In this document: piece after piece, positions 1-12,744 of the stretch
Layout of the letters: every line of letters starts with the position of its first letter
Numbering within the stretch: position 1 is the first letter of the stretch
The notes under the pieces: model-generated
Database searches by the model: none
Seen by the model: the letters and a program-made list of their open reading frames with translations, nothing else
What the model was told of the DNA's origin: nothing
Translations under genes and position numbers: made by a program
Source: Hydrolagus colliei
Lineage: Eukaryota
Assembly (NCBI GenBank): GCA_035084275.1
Contig: CM068775.1
Coordinates: 806,001 to 870,000 of the forward strand
Direction: 5' to 3'
Length of the DNA: 64,000 nucleotides

Positions 1-40
1 AGCTGCTTTGATTGACTTTTACATTCATATTTGACAAAAT

Positions 41-410
41 AATAATAATTCTGGAATTTAATATATTGCCTTTATTGCATCTTCAAAAAATCTCAAATTA
101 TTTTGCAGAATACACTGTAAAGTGAATTAACCGTTTTTAAAATGAATCTGAGTAGCCAATTGTGCACAGCAGTGTCCCGCAAACAGCCATGGATTGAGTG
201 ACCAAATTATTATTATTACTTTGATTGATTTATTAATTTTGGAAATATAATCCGCTAAAAGACAAACAAATGAGATCCTATTTACTGCTGGGTAAACAGT
301 GTGTTTGTGTGTGTGTTTGTGGACTGAAGAAAATTGCCCAGTAGTTTGCCCTGATCAGCTCAGGAATCAAACCCAGGTCCTCTCATTTGGGATCACTGAG
401 CACCATGTGT
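41..410 (-). mobile_element. tRNA-derived SINE with Deu-like core and L2-like tail (degenerate)
   Basis: (AAT)n tail at 41, core agccaattgtgcacagcagtgtccc, tRNA-like head remnant ggaatcaaacccagg near 363; the same family recurs many times in the window. Confidence 0.55.
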
Positions 411-1060
411 AAGAACATAAGAACATAATAATTAGGAGCAGGAGTAGGCCATTCGGCCCTTCGAGCCTGCTCCACCATTCAATAAGATCATGGCTGATCT
501 TCTCACCTAACTCTAATTACCTGCCCTATCCCCATATCCCCTAATCCCTCTATTTTTCAAAAATCTATCAGTCTCAGCCTTGAAAATGTTCAAGGACTGA
601 GCATCTACAGCCTTCTGGGGTAGTGAATTCCATAAATTCACTACCCTCTGAGTGAAGAAATATTTCCTCAACTCTGTTCTAAAAAGCTGACCCTTGATTT
701 TACGACTGTGACCCCTGGTTATAGATTCTCCTACCAGGGGAAACAGTCCCTCAGTGTCTACTTTATCCAGCCCTTTAAGAATGTTATATGTTTCAATAAG
801 AACCCCCTAATTCTTCTGTACTCTAGAGAATACAGCCCTAAAATATTCAACCTATCCTCATAGGTCAGTCCCCTCATCCCAGGAATTAACCAAGTGAATC
901 TACGCTGCACCCTCTCTCAGGTAAGTATGTCCTTTTTTAAATGAGGAGACCAAAACTGCCCACAATACTCTAGGTGCGGTCTCACCAAAGTCCTATACAG
1001 TTGCAGCAAGACTTCCCTACTCTTGTACTCGAAACCTTTTGAAATGTACGCTAGCATGCC
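411..1060 (-). mobile_element. CR1 LINE 3' end
   Basis: (AAGAACAT)n tail followed by ggagtaggccattcggccct; homologous to 18690-19590, 8985-9200 and 63615-64000. Confidence 0.8.
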
Positions 1061-1324
1061 GAGACATGAAACCAAGGCCCAATCTAAATTCAGTTAGATG
1101 TTAAAGATCCCACCGCACTTTCAAAAACAGAAGCTACTTTTTCTCTCTCTCTCCTGTTGTTCCGGTCAACAATCCTCTAAATAAATTTCCCAATCACTCT
1201 CGGCCTGTTTTGTGGGACATTGTTGTGCTCAACTTGCTTCTGTGGTTAGTCCACAAAATACCATCACTCCACTTTATATTATTTCCTGTGAAGCGCTTTG
1301 TGACGTCTCACCAAAGTGATAGGC

Positions 1325-1745
1325 ACTGAACAACAACAAAGTTGTCCTTATATAGTGCCTTTAACCTGGGGAGGACATCCCACAGTGTCTGGTTGGGACC
1401 CGAGCGCGGGCGGAGGGTCGGGGGAAGGGGAAGGAGAGTTAGTGGGGCAGCCGAAGAGGAAGGTCTTGAGACCAGCCTTGATGCAGGAAATGGAGGAAGC
1501 AAGGTGGGAGAAGCAAGGCGAAGGGGCGGAGGGATGGAGTTCCACAGTGAGGGAGCAGAGCGGCTGAAAGCCCGGCCACCGATGGTTGGGCGGTTAGGGC
1601 AGTGGATGCAGAGCAGGCCTGATTTTGCTGAAAGGAGGGTGTGGGCAAGCTGATAGGGAGATAGTAGGTTAGAGAAATAGGCGGGGGCAAGGCCTTGAAA
1701 GTGAGGACGAGGATCTTGAATTCGATGTTAATGTAATCCTGCAAT
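1325..1745 (-). mobile_element. L2 LINE 3' fragment
   Basis: Reverse strand encodes IEFKILVLTFKAL; L2-type tail near 1330-1390. Confidence 0.7.
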
Positions 1746-2699
1746 GTAATGGAATCCTGAAGCTAATATAATGATTATTATTGTATTTCTGTGTGATTGA
1801 CTGTCTGCATACCTGCTAATGTAGGCTAGTTGGAGTTGTGTGTTGAGATATTTAAAATTTCTCCCAATGTTTACTGAAATTTTGATAACAATATTAGTAT
1901 GAATTTGTATTTCCAGAAACAAACAGAGGGGTGGGGTGGGGGGAGCAGCAGCTGAATTGGCCCCAAGGTGACACAATTGTCTGTTTAAATGTAAATACAG
2001 TTTAAATATAAGATCATAATAATATTGGTTCAGCTGTGACTGTGTGAGAGAAAAACTGTTACTCTGCACGGCAATGCCTGTCCCTTTGCTGATGGATGTC
2101 ACTCTCAGTTCCCTGAGCTGTAGCAGGATTTATTCCTCCTCAATTATGAATCTCTGTGTCACATTTCAGCTGTGAAATGGTTAAATAAAAGCAGAGATGT
2201 CTGTCCAGGAATCTGCACCGACTGAGAAGCATCTTAAAGTTACCACGTGACGAGTTTCAGTTTAGAAACACGGAGATTCAGACCGTGTCTCTGTGATTAT
2301 AATAGCATTAAAAATTATCCCAAGCTAGAATAGTTACTGTACCTCCTCCAAGTAACAAGGTTTAAACATGTACGGTCTCTGTGTCAAAAAGCAGCTGAAA
2401 TTCAAATATTGCTTAATTCATTTAATCTCAAATGAAATGTTAATTAATTAATTGAGAAATGAAAAAAATTGTTTGCCAATAAATACTTAGTTCAAGATTA
2501 CACAGATCTACAGATAAATTTACACATTTGTATGATTGTTTGAAAATGTCATAGTTGAAACTTTCAGATTTACTGACATTTATAAAACAATTTATTCTGC
2601 GACATTTAAACGTCCTGTTTTTTCATGTTGCAGTAAATTTGACCCAGGCTGACAGACAGATAGACAGACAGGCAGACAGGCAGCACAGGTGGTGTTAAC

Positions 2700-3640
2700 A
2701 ATGAACAACAAGTGACGCTAGTATCTGTCCGACATCGAGTCCTGGACGAGGGACAACTTTTTGCAATTGAACGTGAGTAAGACCGAGGCCCTCCTGATCG
2801 GCTCAAGCCAGCGCCTCCGCACATCGGGCACTGCCAGCCTCAACATCCAAGGCTGCACTCTCCACCTCACAAAGCCAATCAGGAACCTCGGCATCATGTT
2901 CGATCAAAAACTTTCCTTCCTCCCCCACATCCGCGCTTTGACTGGCACCGCTTATTTCCAACTGCGCAATATTGCCAGGCTCCGCAATTATCTAACCCCC
3001 AGCGCTGCCGAAACACTCGTGCATGCGTACATCACCTCACGGCTGGATTACGGAAACTCTCTCCTCGTCGGACTCCCTGTTCCTCCATTCACAGGCTGCA
3101 GGCCATCCAAAACTCTGCAGCCCGTGTACTATCTCGCACCCGCCTCCGCGACCACATAACCCCCACCCTCGCCCGTCTCCACTGGCTCCCCATCCTCCAG
3201 AGGATCGAGTTCAAGATCCTCGTCCTCACCTACAAGGCCTTACACGGCCTTGCCCCATCCTACCTAACCAATCTACTTTCCCCCTACAAGCCCACCAGGA
3301 CCCTCCGTTCAACAAGACTTAGCCTGCTCCAAGCCCCCCGCCCGAACCGCCCCACCATCGGAGGCCGGGCCTTCAGTTTCTCCGCTCCCACCCTATGGAA
3401 TGCCATCCCTCAATTCCTCTCTCTCGTTTCTTCCCTTTCCTCTTTCAAGGCCGGTTTGAAGACTTTCCTCTTCGACCGTGTCTTTTGTTCCACCCCGAAT
3501 TTTTCTACCTCCCCTTCGTGTTTTACCCCTTCCCAAACACTCCCCTCTCAGCTCGGGTCACACGCCTCGTATGCAGCGCCTTGGGACGTCCTCCCGACGT
3601 GAAAGGCGCTCTATAAATGTCATGTGTTGTTGTCGTTGTT
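2700..3640 (+). mobile_element. L2 LINE, RT C-terminus to 3' tail
   Basis: ORF LNVSKTEALLIG...LVHAYITSRLDYGNSLLVGLP; tail gggacgtcctcccgacgtgaaaggcgctctataaat(gtt)n. Confidence 0.85.
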
Positions 3641-4189
3641 GTCTGCTTCCTGCCCCTTTGGCCACTGCCTTGTTACTTATAAATAAATGTAATAAACCAT
3701 TGATAAAGCCAGAGACTAGCCGAACACTGGGAGCCCATTACATATCTTTACTTTAGAGATTTGCCTCCAATTAATAATAACCTTCAAATTAATTTGAATT
3801 TAGAATCCGGTTATTCTGAAGAACTCGGGAGAAACGTAACGCACTGACCCCAGCTCCCAACAGCTCTGCACACACTGTCAGATATCCCTGTTCAGCCATT
3901 AGCTATTACACTGCTCAATGCTGTTTAATCAGGTCTAACACACAATCACATACTGAACCCTGACATCTCAAACACAAACTGTTTCCATCCAATAATCCAC
4001 AAATCACTCAATATTCTCTTTCTCTCAGCCCGAAGCTCTCTCTCTCTCTCTCTCAGTAACTGCCCAGCCAGCTCACACACTGTCCTTCCACATCACAACA
4101 TGAAGCATTAAACCTGGTGCAGTGTAACTCACAGTCACAATTCCCTGCAGCACAAAGTTACACACGATAAGTAAACCATGGAATATGAA

Positions 4190-4460
4190 ATAAATAATCC
4201 TTGCATTTGATATAATAATAATCCTTATATTTTTAAATAGCATTTTTCACGTCTTCTAGACTTTTCAAAGCGCTTCACAGAATATACAGTAAAGTGAATA
4301 GACTGTAAATGTGTGGGTGAAACGTGGCAGCCAATTGTGCACAGCAGTGTCCCACAAACAGTCATGGATTAAATGACCAATTTCTTATTTTAGATATTGC
4401 ACTTTTCAAGTTTTTTAGGCATCTCAAAGCGCTTAACAGAATATACTGTAAAGTGAAATG
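4190..4460 (-). mobile_element. SINE 3' portions (two adjacent tails)
   Basis: ttgcatttgatata...aaagcgcttcacagaatatac...gcagccaattgtgcacagc motif, repeated. Confidence 0.55.
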
Positions 4461-5597
4461 ACTGTATTTGTCGATTTACAATGAAATGAGATATTGATGC
4501 CTTTCACCTTCAGCTCAGCCGTCTCTGAACATTGAGCTGATTAGCTCTGAAATCATTAGTTTGCTGCCAGCGACCAGTGTCACTGTATGTTAAGCATCTA
4601 ATTTCACCCACAAATGTACAGTCAAATCACTTTACAGTATATTCTGTGAAATGTTTTGAGTCGTCCAGAAGATGTGAAAAGCGCTATAGCTAATGTAAGG
4701 CTTATTATTATAAACAACTGGATCTCCTACACTGCAGCTGTGTTAGGTAGAGTTTACTATTTGTTTATTCAAATAAAATCTGTGTTTTTTGGCAGATCAG
4801 TTGGTGTAAAACAAGAAACTGATGATTATAAAGCAGCAGCGACCTCTTGTGTCTCTGTGCACTGTTAGGAAGCCTCATTCCATTTGCTGTTAAAATCAAT
4901 TGAAATGAAGTCTGAACTCTGACTGTCGCTGACTGAAATAGTGACTGGTGTGTGGGGCAGCTGAGGGAATGAGACTGTGAGCAACACATTAATGCCGATA
5001 TCAATTAAAATAAAAACCTTCACTATTATTTCTATAATATCTGAGCAGATTGAGTGGCTGTATTTTCAATCAGATTCCCAACAGTAAAAACCCACTTTAC
5101 TTCAGACTCCCCCCCTCCCCCAGATCAGCCTCTTTAAACTGCAGCCACTTTGCTTATATTAAATAATGGATTGAAATACATATTGGAACCGATCAGATAA
5201 CCTTCCAGTCGCTCATCCCACAACATTCAGGCCAAGATTCCCAACATGTGGGCAAAATTTCAAACACTTTTATTCAATTCCTGATCACATTATACCCCGA
5301 AAACAGCAGTCACCAGTCACTGTGATCAGACATTGCAGAAAGTCCATCAGTGTAACTTCAGCTGTACAGTCACTAACCACCACAAATATCACCAGCAATG
5401 AACTAAACATGGACAGAATAATCCTTAAATCAACAGTGGCTGTTGAAAGCAATAGCAGTGAAATGAATTTAACTTGCACTAAACTCTGAGATAGGCCTGG
5501 CTACTCACAGGTCATTAAATTAAATAGCTGTTAAAGAGAATAAAATAAACATATAAATATAAACTCAGCATTGTGAGTGAGAGTGTCGGTTTCTTAC

Positions 5598-5984
5598 CGT
5601 CAGTCACTGTCACCATGGTGCCTTGTCCCCAGTAGTCAATGAGTACTCCAGTGTACACACTGTATACATTGTACCCTCTTGCACAGTAATAGATGGCGGT
5701 GTCTTGAACTGTCAGGCTGTTGATGGTCAGATCGCAGATGTGATCGGAATAATCTTTGATGACAGTGACACGGTTTCGGATGCCGGGCGCATAAAGATTG
5801 TCGGAATGGGATCTCCTGTAATACCGGAGCAGCCATTCCAGCCCCTTCCCAGGAACCCGTCGGACCCAGAACATAAATTTGTTGCTGAGATCAAACCCGC
5901 TGGTTGTACAGGTGAGTCTCAGGGCCTGGCCAGGCTTCCCGGTTAGAGACGACGGCTGTGTCAGCACCACATCGGCCTGGACAC
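5598..5984 (-). CDS. IGHV: Immunoglobulin heavy chain pre-joined V-D-J exon (IgM/IgW-type, cartilaginous fish)
   Basis: DVVLTQP...LTCTTSGF...WVRRVPGKGLEW...DTAIYYCAR-GYNVYSVYTGVLI-DYWGQGTMVTVT in one frame; acceptor tttacag before 5984, donor G|gtaagaa after 5598; no RSS between V and J. Confidence 0.95.
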
Positions 5985-6097
5985 CTGTAAAGAACAAATG
6001 ACCAAAGATTAATTATTGTGAGATATCCCGGCTCTGTGACATTGCAGAGAGAATCACACACACACACAGTCAGACTTGTCCCAATAATAGAACTCAC

Positions 6098-6143
6098 GGG
6101 AGAAGAGAGCCAGCAACAGACTGAGAGATATCAGGGACCTCAT
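6098..6143 (-). CDS. IGHV: IgH leader exon (MRSLISLSLLLALFS + 1 nt)
   Basis: ATG at 6143, 46-nt exon, donor C|gtgagtt; phase-1 splice gives ...FS-R-VQA-DVVLTQ, the typical VH leader layout. Confidence 0.9.
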
Positions 6144-6237
6144 GTTTCTGGGCAATTGTCAGAACTGACCCTTGAGCCCAATAACCGAGAGACAAAGATC
6201 TGCCGGATGGACAGATGGCCTCAGTCCCCAGTGACCG

Positions 6238-6245
6238 CTATTTAA
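6238..6245 (-). promoter_or_regulatory. TATA-like box of the VH promoter (TTAAATAG)
   Basis: About 95 bp upstream of the leader ATG; CCAAT and E-box motifs just upstream; no exact ATGCAAAT octamer seen within about 350 bp. Confidence 0.45.
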
Positions 6246-7559
6246 CAAGAGGCAGTGGGGCCAGGTGTTTGGAGAATGGACCAATAGCTACAGGACTGAG
6301 GGGAGTCACGCCTCACATTCCCTCTGACCTGCACAGATCAATAATTGTGCCCTTTACATTCGGCATTGACCGCAAATTCATATTAATATAAGTGTCGATA
6401 GTATTAGCCCCATCACCGACCCTGAAGCCTCATGAATTGTTTCCTTTAATGTGTGTGTGTGTGTGTGAGTGGAGTAATTGGTAAGTTCAACACAAACCTA
6501 CGTGAACCCTATTTCAGTGAGTGACTGTTAAAGTTAGGGAGACAGTGGCAGCAGAAAAATATAGAAGCCCTGGGTTACTTTTGAAAATAATATTTTGTGA
6601 TACAGTATATTGTTGAGGACATGACAAGTATGTGTGACGGCCAGGATGGTGGAAGGCAATCCAAATGGACCATTGGCTTTTGTGCTGCAATTAGTATTTT
6701 CTTATGTTTATATAATCATCTTTTGGATCATAAACCTTGCATTCGACATAATGCCTTTTCATGTTATTGAAATGTCTAAAGGAACTTCACAAAATGCTCT
6801 TTAAATTGTAGTAACTGTTTATTTTATGTACAATAATTAACATTGTGCCTTAATTATTTCCTATGGTTTAGTGATGTTCTGATCACCTGCAGATGATTAT
6901 TTGCTGTTTCCTGCTCTTTCAATTCTGATTTCACATCACATATGGGCATGAAGGCGTGAATCCTCTTGTTACTTCAACTGGCATTTTGATGTGGATATAT
7001 TGATACTGAAAAATCTTATGTTCCTTGCGGGAGGGAGTAGGGGGAGAGAGAGATGGCGGCGTGGGGGGAGAGAGGGATCTTTAATCTTTTTTTTCTATTT
7101 TATAAATTGTTGATGTGTCCTTACTCCTACTTTGCTCTCTGTTCTCTTACATTTGAGGAAGTCTATCTTATTGTCTGTTTCGATATCAAACGTAGCCACA
7201 ATAATTATCTCTGGATTGGAAGATAATGGGAATGAATTCAGCCTTCAGTCCACTTACAATAATAATCCTCTCTGTTCTCAGTCCCTGCATTTACTGAAAT
7301 CACAAGCTTGATTGGTTATGAAATAATGCAATGGTGGTGAACGGTTTGATGTGGCGGCTCATGATTTTAAGCCAGACATGAAATGTTCTCTTGGGGTGAG
7401 AAGCCAGGTGGGGAGGGCTGCTGGTTGAGTGGGAGCCCAGTGTAATGTCAGACCAGTCACACTCCTTCAGGACAAGAAGAAAACTGGGAAGAAATAATAT
7501 GAAGCTTGAATCAGAAATGATTTAAGTAATTTATTACTGTTATAATATCTTGACCACTT

Positions 7560-7670
7560 ATTATCAGAAGTGTGGTGTAAGGAAACTTGCCCAAGGCTTT
7601 GTCCTGCCAGGTATCAAACCCTAGTCTCTGGCTTGCGAGGTGAGTGCTCTAACCCCTGAGCTACAGGACT
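7560..7670 (-). mobile_element. SINE tRNA-like head
   Basis: Reverse: tcctgtagctcaggggttagagcactc...gggtttgatacctggc...gggcaagtttcc. Confidence 0.65.
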
Positions 7671-7827
7671 CAACTTTGAGACATGTGGATCCACCGCTGA
7701 ATCTTGAATTCTCCTTTGGGCACTGGATCTGGGAACTGTACAAGATCTACAAGGCCTCCCATCTTACAGCAAACCTGTGAGCACAACATCAATCCCACAC
7801 ATCAGGAAATGAATCATTACAGTGGAT

Positions 7828-8140
7828 TACTGTAGCTCAATGTTTGGAGCCCTCGACTTTCAAGCGTGAGACCTGTGTTTCGATTCCAGGCAGGGCGATG
7901 CTTTGGGCAAGTTTCCTTACTCCATGTGTTGAATAATAATGCATCCCAAAGAAACCTATAAAATATTGGTCATTTCAATCCAGGACTATTTTAGGACATC
8001 GCTTTGTGCAATTAGCTGCCGGGTTTTGCCAACAACTATAGAGTCAATCCACTTTACAGTATATTCTATGAAACGCTTTGAGACACAGTTTAGAAGATGT
8101 GAAAAGCGCTATATCAAATGCAAGTATTATTATTACTCAT
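7828..8140 (+). mobile_element. Near full-length SINE
   Basis: tRNA-like A/B boxes, gggcaagtttccttac, Deu-like core, tail gaaaagcgctatatcaaatgcaag(tat)n. Confidence 0.75.
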
Positions 8141-8499
8141 GGCTCATAGACAACAAGACACAGAACAGCTCCATGGCCACCTCACAAAACACTCCGGCTT
8201 TGAAGAAATATGAAGCAAAATATCATTTAAAACTTGTTTTTAATCAATTTTATTAATGGGAGGACTCTGTGCTTCAAACATATAATTTTGTTGTTGTCAC
8301 TGTTTAGGACGCCTGTGCAGGACGCCACAGCGCCACAGTCAGCGGGTGTGGCCACCAGGTGTAACTGCAGTGTGTGCCCACAGTATGTGCTCTGTGATGC
8401 CCGGTGTCACAGACACACTTTTACTGGGCGGCCACCACAACAACAAAGTGACATTATAGAGAACATTTCATATCGGGAGGACGTCCCAAGGGGCTGAAC

Positions 8500-8960
8500 A
8501 GTCAGGTCAGGACCTGAGCTGGGAAGAGGGACAATGTAGGGGGAAGGAGTGGAGAGAGTTCGGAGGGACAGGAGAGAGATAAGACAGGAGGGAGAAAGTT
8601 AGGAGAGCAGTAGAAGGCACATTCAAAGAGGAGAATCTTGAGAATGGCCTTGATGGAGGCGAGGGAGGGAACGAGGTGAAGGGACTCTGGAATGGAGTTC
8701 CAGAGTGAGGGGAAAGAGAGGATTTAAGGCCAGCCACCAATGGTAGGGCATGTCGGTTGAGGGATATGGAGCAGGCTGGAGCCTGTAGGGGAGGGTAGGT
8801 TAATAGGGGGACAGTATGTAGGAAAGATAGTTGGGGGCAAGTCCATGAATGGCCTTGAAAGTGAGAACGAGGATCTTGAATTCGATACTCTGCGAGTTGG
8901 GGAGCCAATGGAGCCAGGCACAGTGACAAGGTCGTGGAGCTTGGTGCGGGTGTAACTTCA
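8500..8960 (-). mobile_element. L2 fragment
   Basis: Reverse encodes RVSNSRSSFSLSRPF / EFKILVLTFKA-type L2 C-terminal sequence. Confidence 0.7.
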
Positions 8961-8984
8961 GCAAAAAGTACCAAACATGAACAT

Positions 8985-9200
8985 AATATCATAAGAAATA
9001 AGAGGAGGCATAGGCCATTCAGCACCTCGAGCCTGTCCTGCTACTTATTAAGATCATGGCTGATCTTTTAACCCAATTCCATTTACCAATCCTATACCCG
9101 GTATCCCTAAATGCCTCTATCCTTTAGAAATCTATCAGTCTCAATCTTCAATATATACAAGGATTGAGCATCCACAGCCTCATGGGGTAGACAAATCTAT
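8985..9200 (-). mobile_element. CR1 3' end
   Basis: cataagaa tail plus aggccattcagcacctcgagcctg; homologous to 411-620. Confidence 0.7.
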
Positions 9201-9479
9201 GGTCACATTCGAGCAGGACCCAAATCTTGATTGGAACCAGTTCCTGAAGCGGCTCACACCTGTGGCCAGGCTGACATGCGGATTTGGCCACTATATCGCC
9301 TTGGATTTCAACATCAAGGGACACAAGTCTCAATGTGAGGCCTGATGCCACGGAGATGACTGGCGCCTCACCCTTGGCTGGTCTGAAGCACCATCACCAC
9401 AATCACTGACTCACCGAGGCCTCAACCGGCAGTCGTGTGATGTCATTCCGGCCACGTCATTTGAATTTCCCAGCCCTGA

Positions 9480-9960
9480 ACTCACTGAGAAAACAGCCGT
9501 TATGATCCACACCTGCCCAGAGAGCAAACCCTGCCTCACTGACCACCACCGCCCACCTCTCCCCCACTCTCCAATATGGTCTGATCCTAGTCATAGCACT
9601 GCTTCCCCAAACTGCTCTTGTACCTGTCCCCCACACTCCACTATTCCCAATCACCACTCATCTCCCTCCAACCGATTTGATTCCTAGTCTTGCTTGACCT
9701 TTCCGCAGCCTTCCACTGATCCAAACTTCAAATTCTCCATTGCGCACACCTTGGCAGATGCCGCCGACTGTCTGACTGCAGCCACTCTGACTCATCCATC
9801 CCACACTCTATACCTCCAGCTGTGCTCACAATTCTCTGCCTCCTTTTGCCTCTATCCCACCCCTCCCCTGTGCTTGGTTCCCAAATGCTGACTGTTCAGT
9901 GCCTTGGGACATCCTTCCGTCATGAAAGGCGCTCTATCAATTTAATCTTGTTGTCATTGT
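9480..9960 (+). mobile_element. Degenerate L2 fragment with 3' tail
   Basis: Ends gccttgggacatccttccgtcatgaaaggcgctctatcaat. Confidence 0.55.
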
Positions 9961-10618
9961 TACTACATTTGGAAGGAAACAGTACATCATTGACGTCTGC
10001 TCATAATGTAAGAGTTAATTAGTCCTGTGATGCCCCTGGTGAAATACAGAATGACAAAAAACATGAATGTGAATTCAGATTCATAATATTTATAACTAAA
10101 TTAGAAGTATACATCACAACAATGCTTCCATAAAGGCCAACAGCTCACAATGATTTAAGTTGACCAAACCAATGTTGCCAAAGAGATGGAGGAATAATGT
10201 CCAATTCATATTTAATTTAATGTCCACCAAAAGGTATTGAGGTATTCAGGCACAGCAGCCCTTTCATTCAGCAACTATGTACTGTTACATAGTTTGAGAG
10301 CATTGGTAAAGGTGTTGACAGTTGTCTACGACTTAGTCTTGACTGTTTCTTCTTCAGAAGCTGCAATGCTGCAAGTTCCACTATCTTCTTTTCTTTCTTC
10401 TTTGATCTTCAAATCAATCCCCCCTTTTATGTTCATTGGATGATCTTTTCACCCAGTTTCTTCTGCAAGAGGGTTCCTCTGCAAAACCAAATGTTGCTCA
10501 GCTGTCTCTCCACCTGCAGACCACCTCTCCATGGGAAACACACCAATAAGGCATGGGAAACGGTTTGTCAACTTTAACCAGTTTGTTGTCTCTTCTGCAA
10601 AGCCGGTCACAACCAGCT

Positions 10619-10658
10619 CCCATCATTGTGAAGCCGGTCACGGCTTCACAATGATGGG
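10619..10658. repeat. Perfect 18-bp inverted repeat with 4-nt loop
   Basis: cccatcattgtgaagccg-gtca-cggcttcacaatgatggg. Confidence 0.9.
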
Positions 10659-10852
10659 TCACAACAACAACCAAACTACACTAGTACCAGCTGCCAATAG
10701 AAGCACCTGACCAATCACATATCTCAACTATCTATTGTTAATGTAATTGATACATTAATTTAATATATTAACTACAGATCTTACAGTAATGTTGGAAATT
10801 TTCCCTGTTTGTGAAAATAATGAAGGTGAAGTTGAACTGCGTTTGTAGCCAA

Positions 10853-11784
10853 TTACTTTCCTACCATTTTTTCCTCATGTTTTATCATTACTTTACCAAT
10901 GATATGAAAGGGATAAATTAACCCTTTTTTAAACTCCTCTCTGAACTTCGTCTGAGTTAATGCATATATACAGGTGTTTGTACAGCAATTCAACCTTTGT
11001 AGCATGAGTCCAACTTCTTGGACAATATATTGGGTGTTATTGACCAATGTTTCACTATAATTCATATTGGAAAGTTGCCATATGAAGGCATGTAGAACAT
11101 AAGTTGTCCACAAAATTATAAAAGTGCCTGATATGGCGAACAGTAAAATGACAGATTTTCTTCGATTTTCCAACTCGGGATCAATTGTTTTCTCAGCATT
11201 TCTCTGACCCCGAAGCCTCCTGCGGACTTTACTGGCCATCAGAATGTGTCTGATAATCACAGCATTGAACAGGCAAATCAAAGCAAACACAAACAGTGGA
11301 TTAAAAACACGGATAAACCTTTCGTATAATTTCCAGGTGAGCAAAAGAGAAATGCTTGGTTTCAAGACACAGTACCATGGGGTATTGTTAACTATGCACT
11401 GAGGATCAAATACAAAGTAACAGGGAATGCTGACTGAGCAGCAAATAACAGCCAGAGTTACAATCACCACTGTGGCCGTTCTCTCCGTGCAATATGTTGG
11501 TTTCAGCTTTTGGCAGCAAATGGCGACAAATCGATCAAAACTGAAAGCAACAGTGAACCACAAAGACATGAACATTGCTGCAACCAGCAACACAAGTCTA
11601 ACACTACACACTGGAGTGTAGAATAAGAAATTTAATGGGAAATACAGATTATTAATTTTGTTTAACAACACTTCCGTGATGACAACGAGGAGATCTGCGG
11701 CTGCCATGGCCACCAGATAGCGAGTGACGCACTTTGAGAGACCACAGTTTCCTCTTGACAGAATCACAATCGCCAGCAAATTTA
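10853..11784 (-). CDS. Class A GPCR (GPR139/GPR142-like, chondrichthyan-type), exon 2
   Basis: Open frame with 7 hydrophobic segments, SFDRFVAIC (DRY-like) and CTNTCIY (NPxxY-like); acceptor tttccatcacacag before 11784. Confidence 0.92.
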
Positions 11785-11829
11785 CTGTGTGATGGAAAGA
11801 AAATAGGAAAAATTATTTATCTTGAAATT

Positions 11830-12650
11830 ACTCTCGAACCTCACCCTAGTTCACCAGCCACCTCTTGTTGCTCAAAGGCCAGGTGCTAGCCACTGAATGC
11901 AGCTGTCTCAAATCTGGTCTAATGGTCCACTGGCATATATGGCTGGACCACATCAAAAACTACCTCTCCGCTCTGGTCTCCACCAAATCGTACTTCTACT
12001 CCAGGATAATCCAAGAAAACCACAAGTTCCTGTTGTCCACTCCAAACGGCTCCTCCGCCCTTCCCCGTCCACCTCTCAGATCCTCTCCTCCAAATATGAG
12101 TTGATGCTGGATGTTCTCGAGTCCAAAATCGAGGGAGTCCACTTAGCTTTCACCACCCTTCCAACTTCTACCTCCTCCACACCACCGCCCACACCCCAAA
12201 ATCTACCCATCCCTGCTGTGCGCAATTTGGCTGCCGCATTTTGCCCAGAAATATACATTCATGTCCTTGCCCCCTCCTATTTCTCCGACCTGCTGTCGAC
12301 ATATGAATCTGCCAGACCCCTATTCAGCAGGCTCTGGTCTGCTCCATGTCCCTCACCTGACCCGCCCTACCATCGGTGGCTTTCAACATCTCTGCCCACA
12401 CACTCTGGAACTCCATCCCACATTCCCTTCACCTGGATTCCTCCCTTGTTTCCTTCAAGGCTGATATCAGGACCCTCCTCTTCATCTGTACCTTCTGCTG
12501 CCCTCCCAACTCTCTCCCTCCCCTCCTAACTGCCCAACCTCATTACACTCTACCTTACCTCTGCTTGAGTCCCAACCTGACTGTTCGGTACCTTCCGACA
12601 TCCTCCCGATGTGAAAGGTGCTCTATAATGTAATTCCATCTTTGTTGTTG
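11830..12650 (+). mobile_element. L2 fragment with 3' tail inside the GPCR intron
   Basis: IWLDHIKNYLSALVSTKSYFYSRIIQEN; tail ccgacatcctcccgatgtgaaaggtgctctataa. Confidence 0.7.
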
Positions 12651-12744
12651 TAATATTGAAATCCCAGAAAAATGTCTCAATAATATGATAGTACAATTAA
12701 TCAGTGCCTTCTCTGATTAATCCAGCTAGTCTAATAGCTACAAA

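Noticed and set aside
1-5597. Ig constant-region exons or additional D/J segments with RSS
   Set aside because: No C1-set motifs in the ORF track or by eye, and no convincing heptamer-spacer-nonamer; C exons, if any, lie outside the window
7560-8140. Extra tRNA genes at SINE heads (also 14020, 15450, 32075, 47043)
   Set aside because: They continue into the gggcaagtttcc SINE body and lack a full cloverleaf
10030-10600. Possible DNA-transposase or coding remnant on the minus strand
   Set aside because: Purine-rich and exon-like, but stops in the frames examined and no recognisable motif
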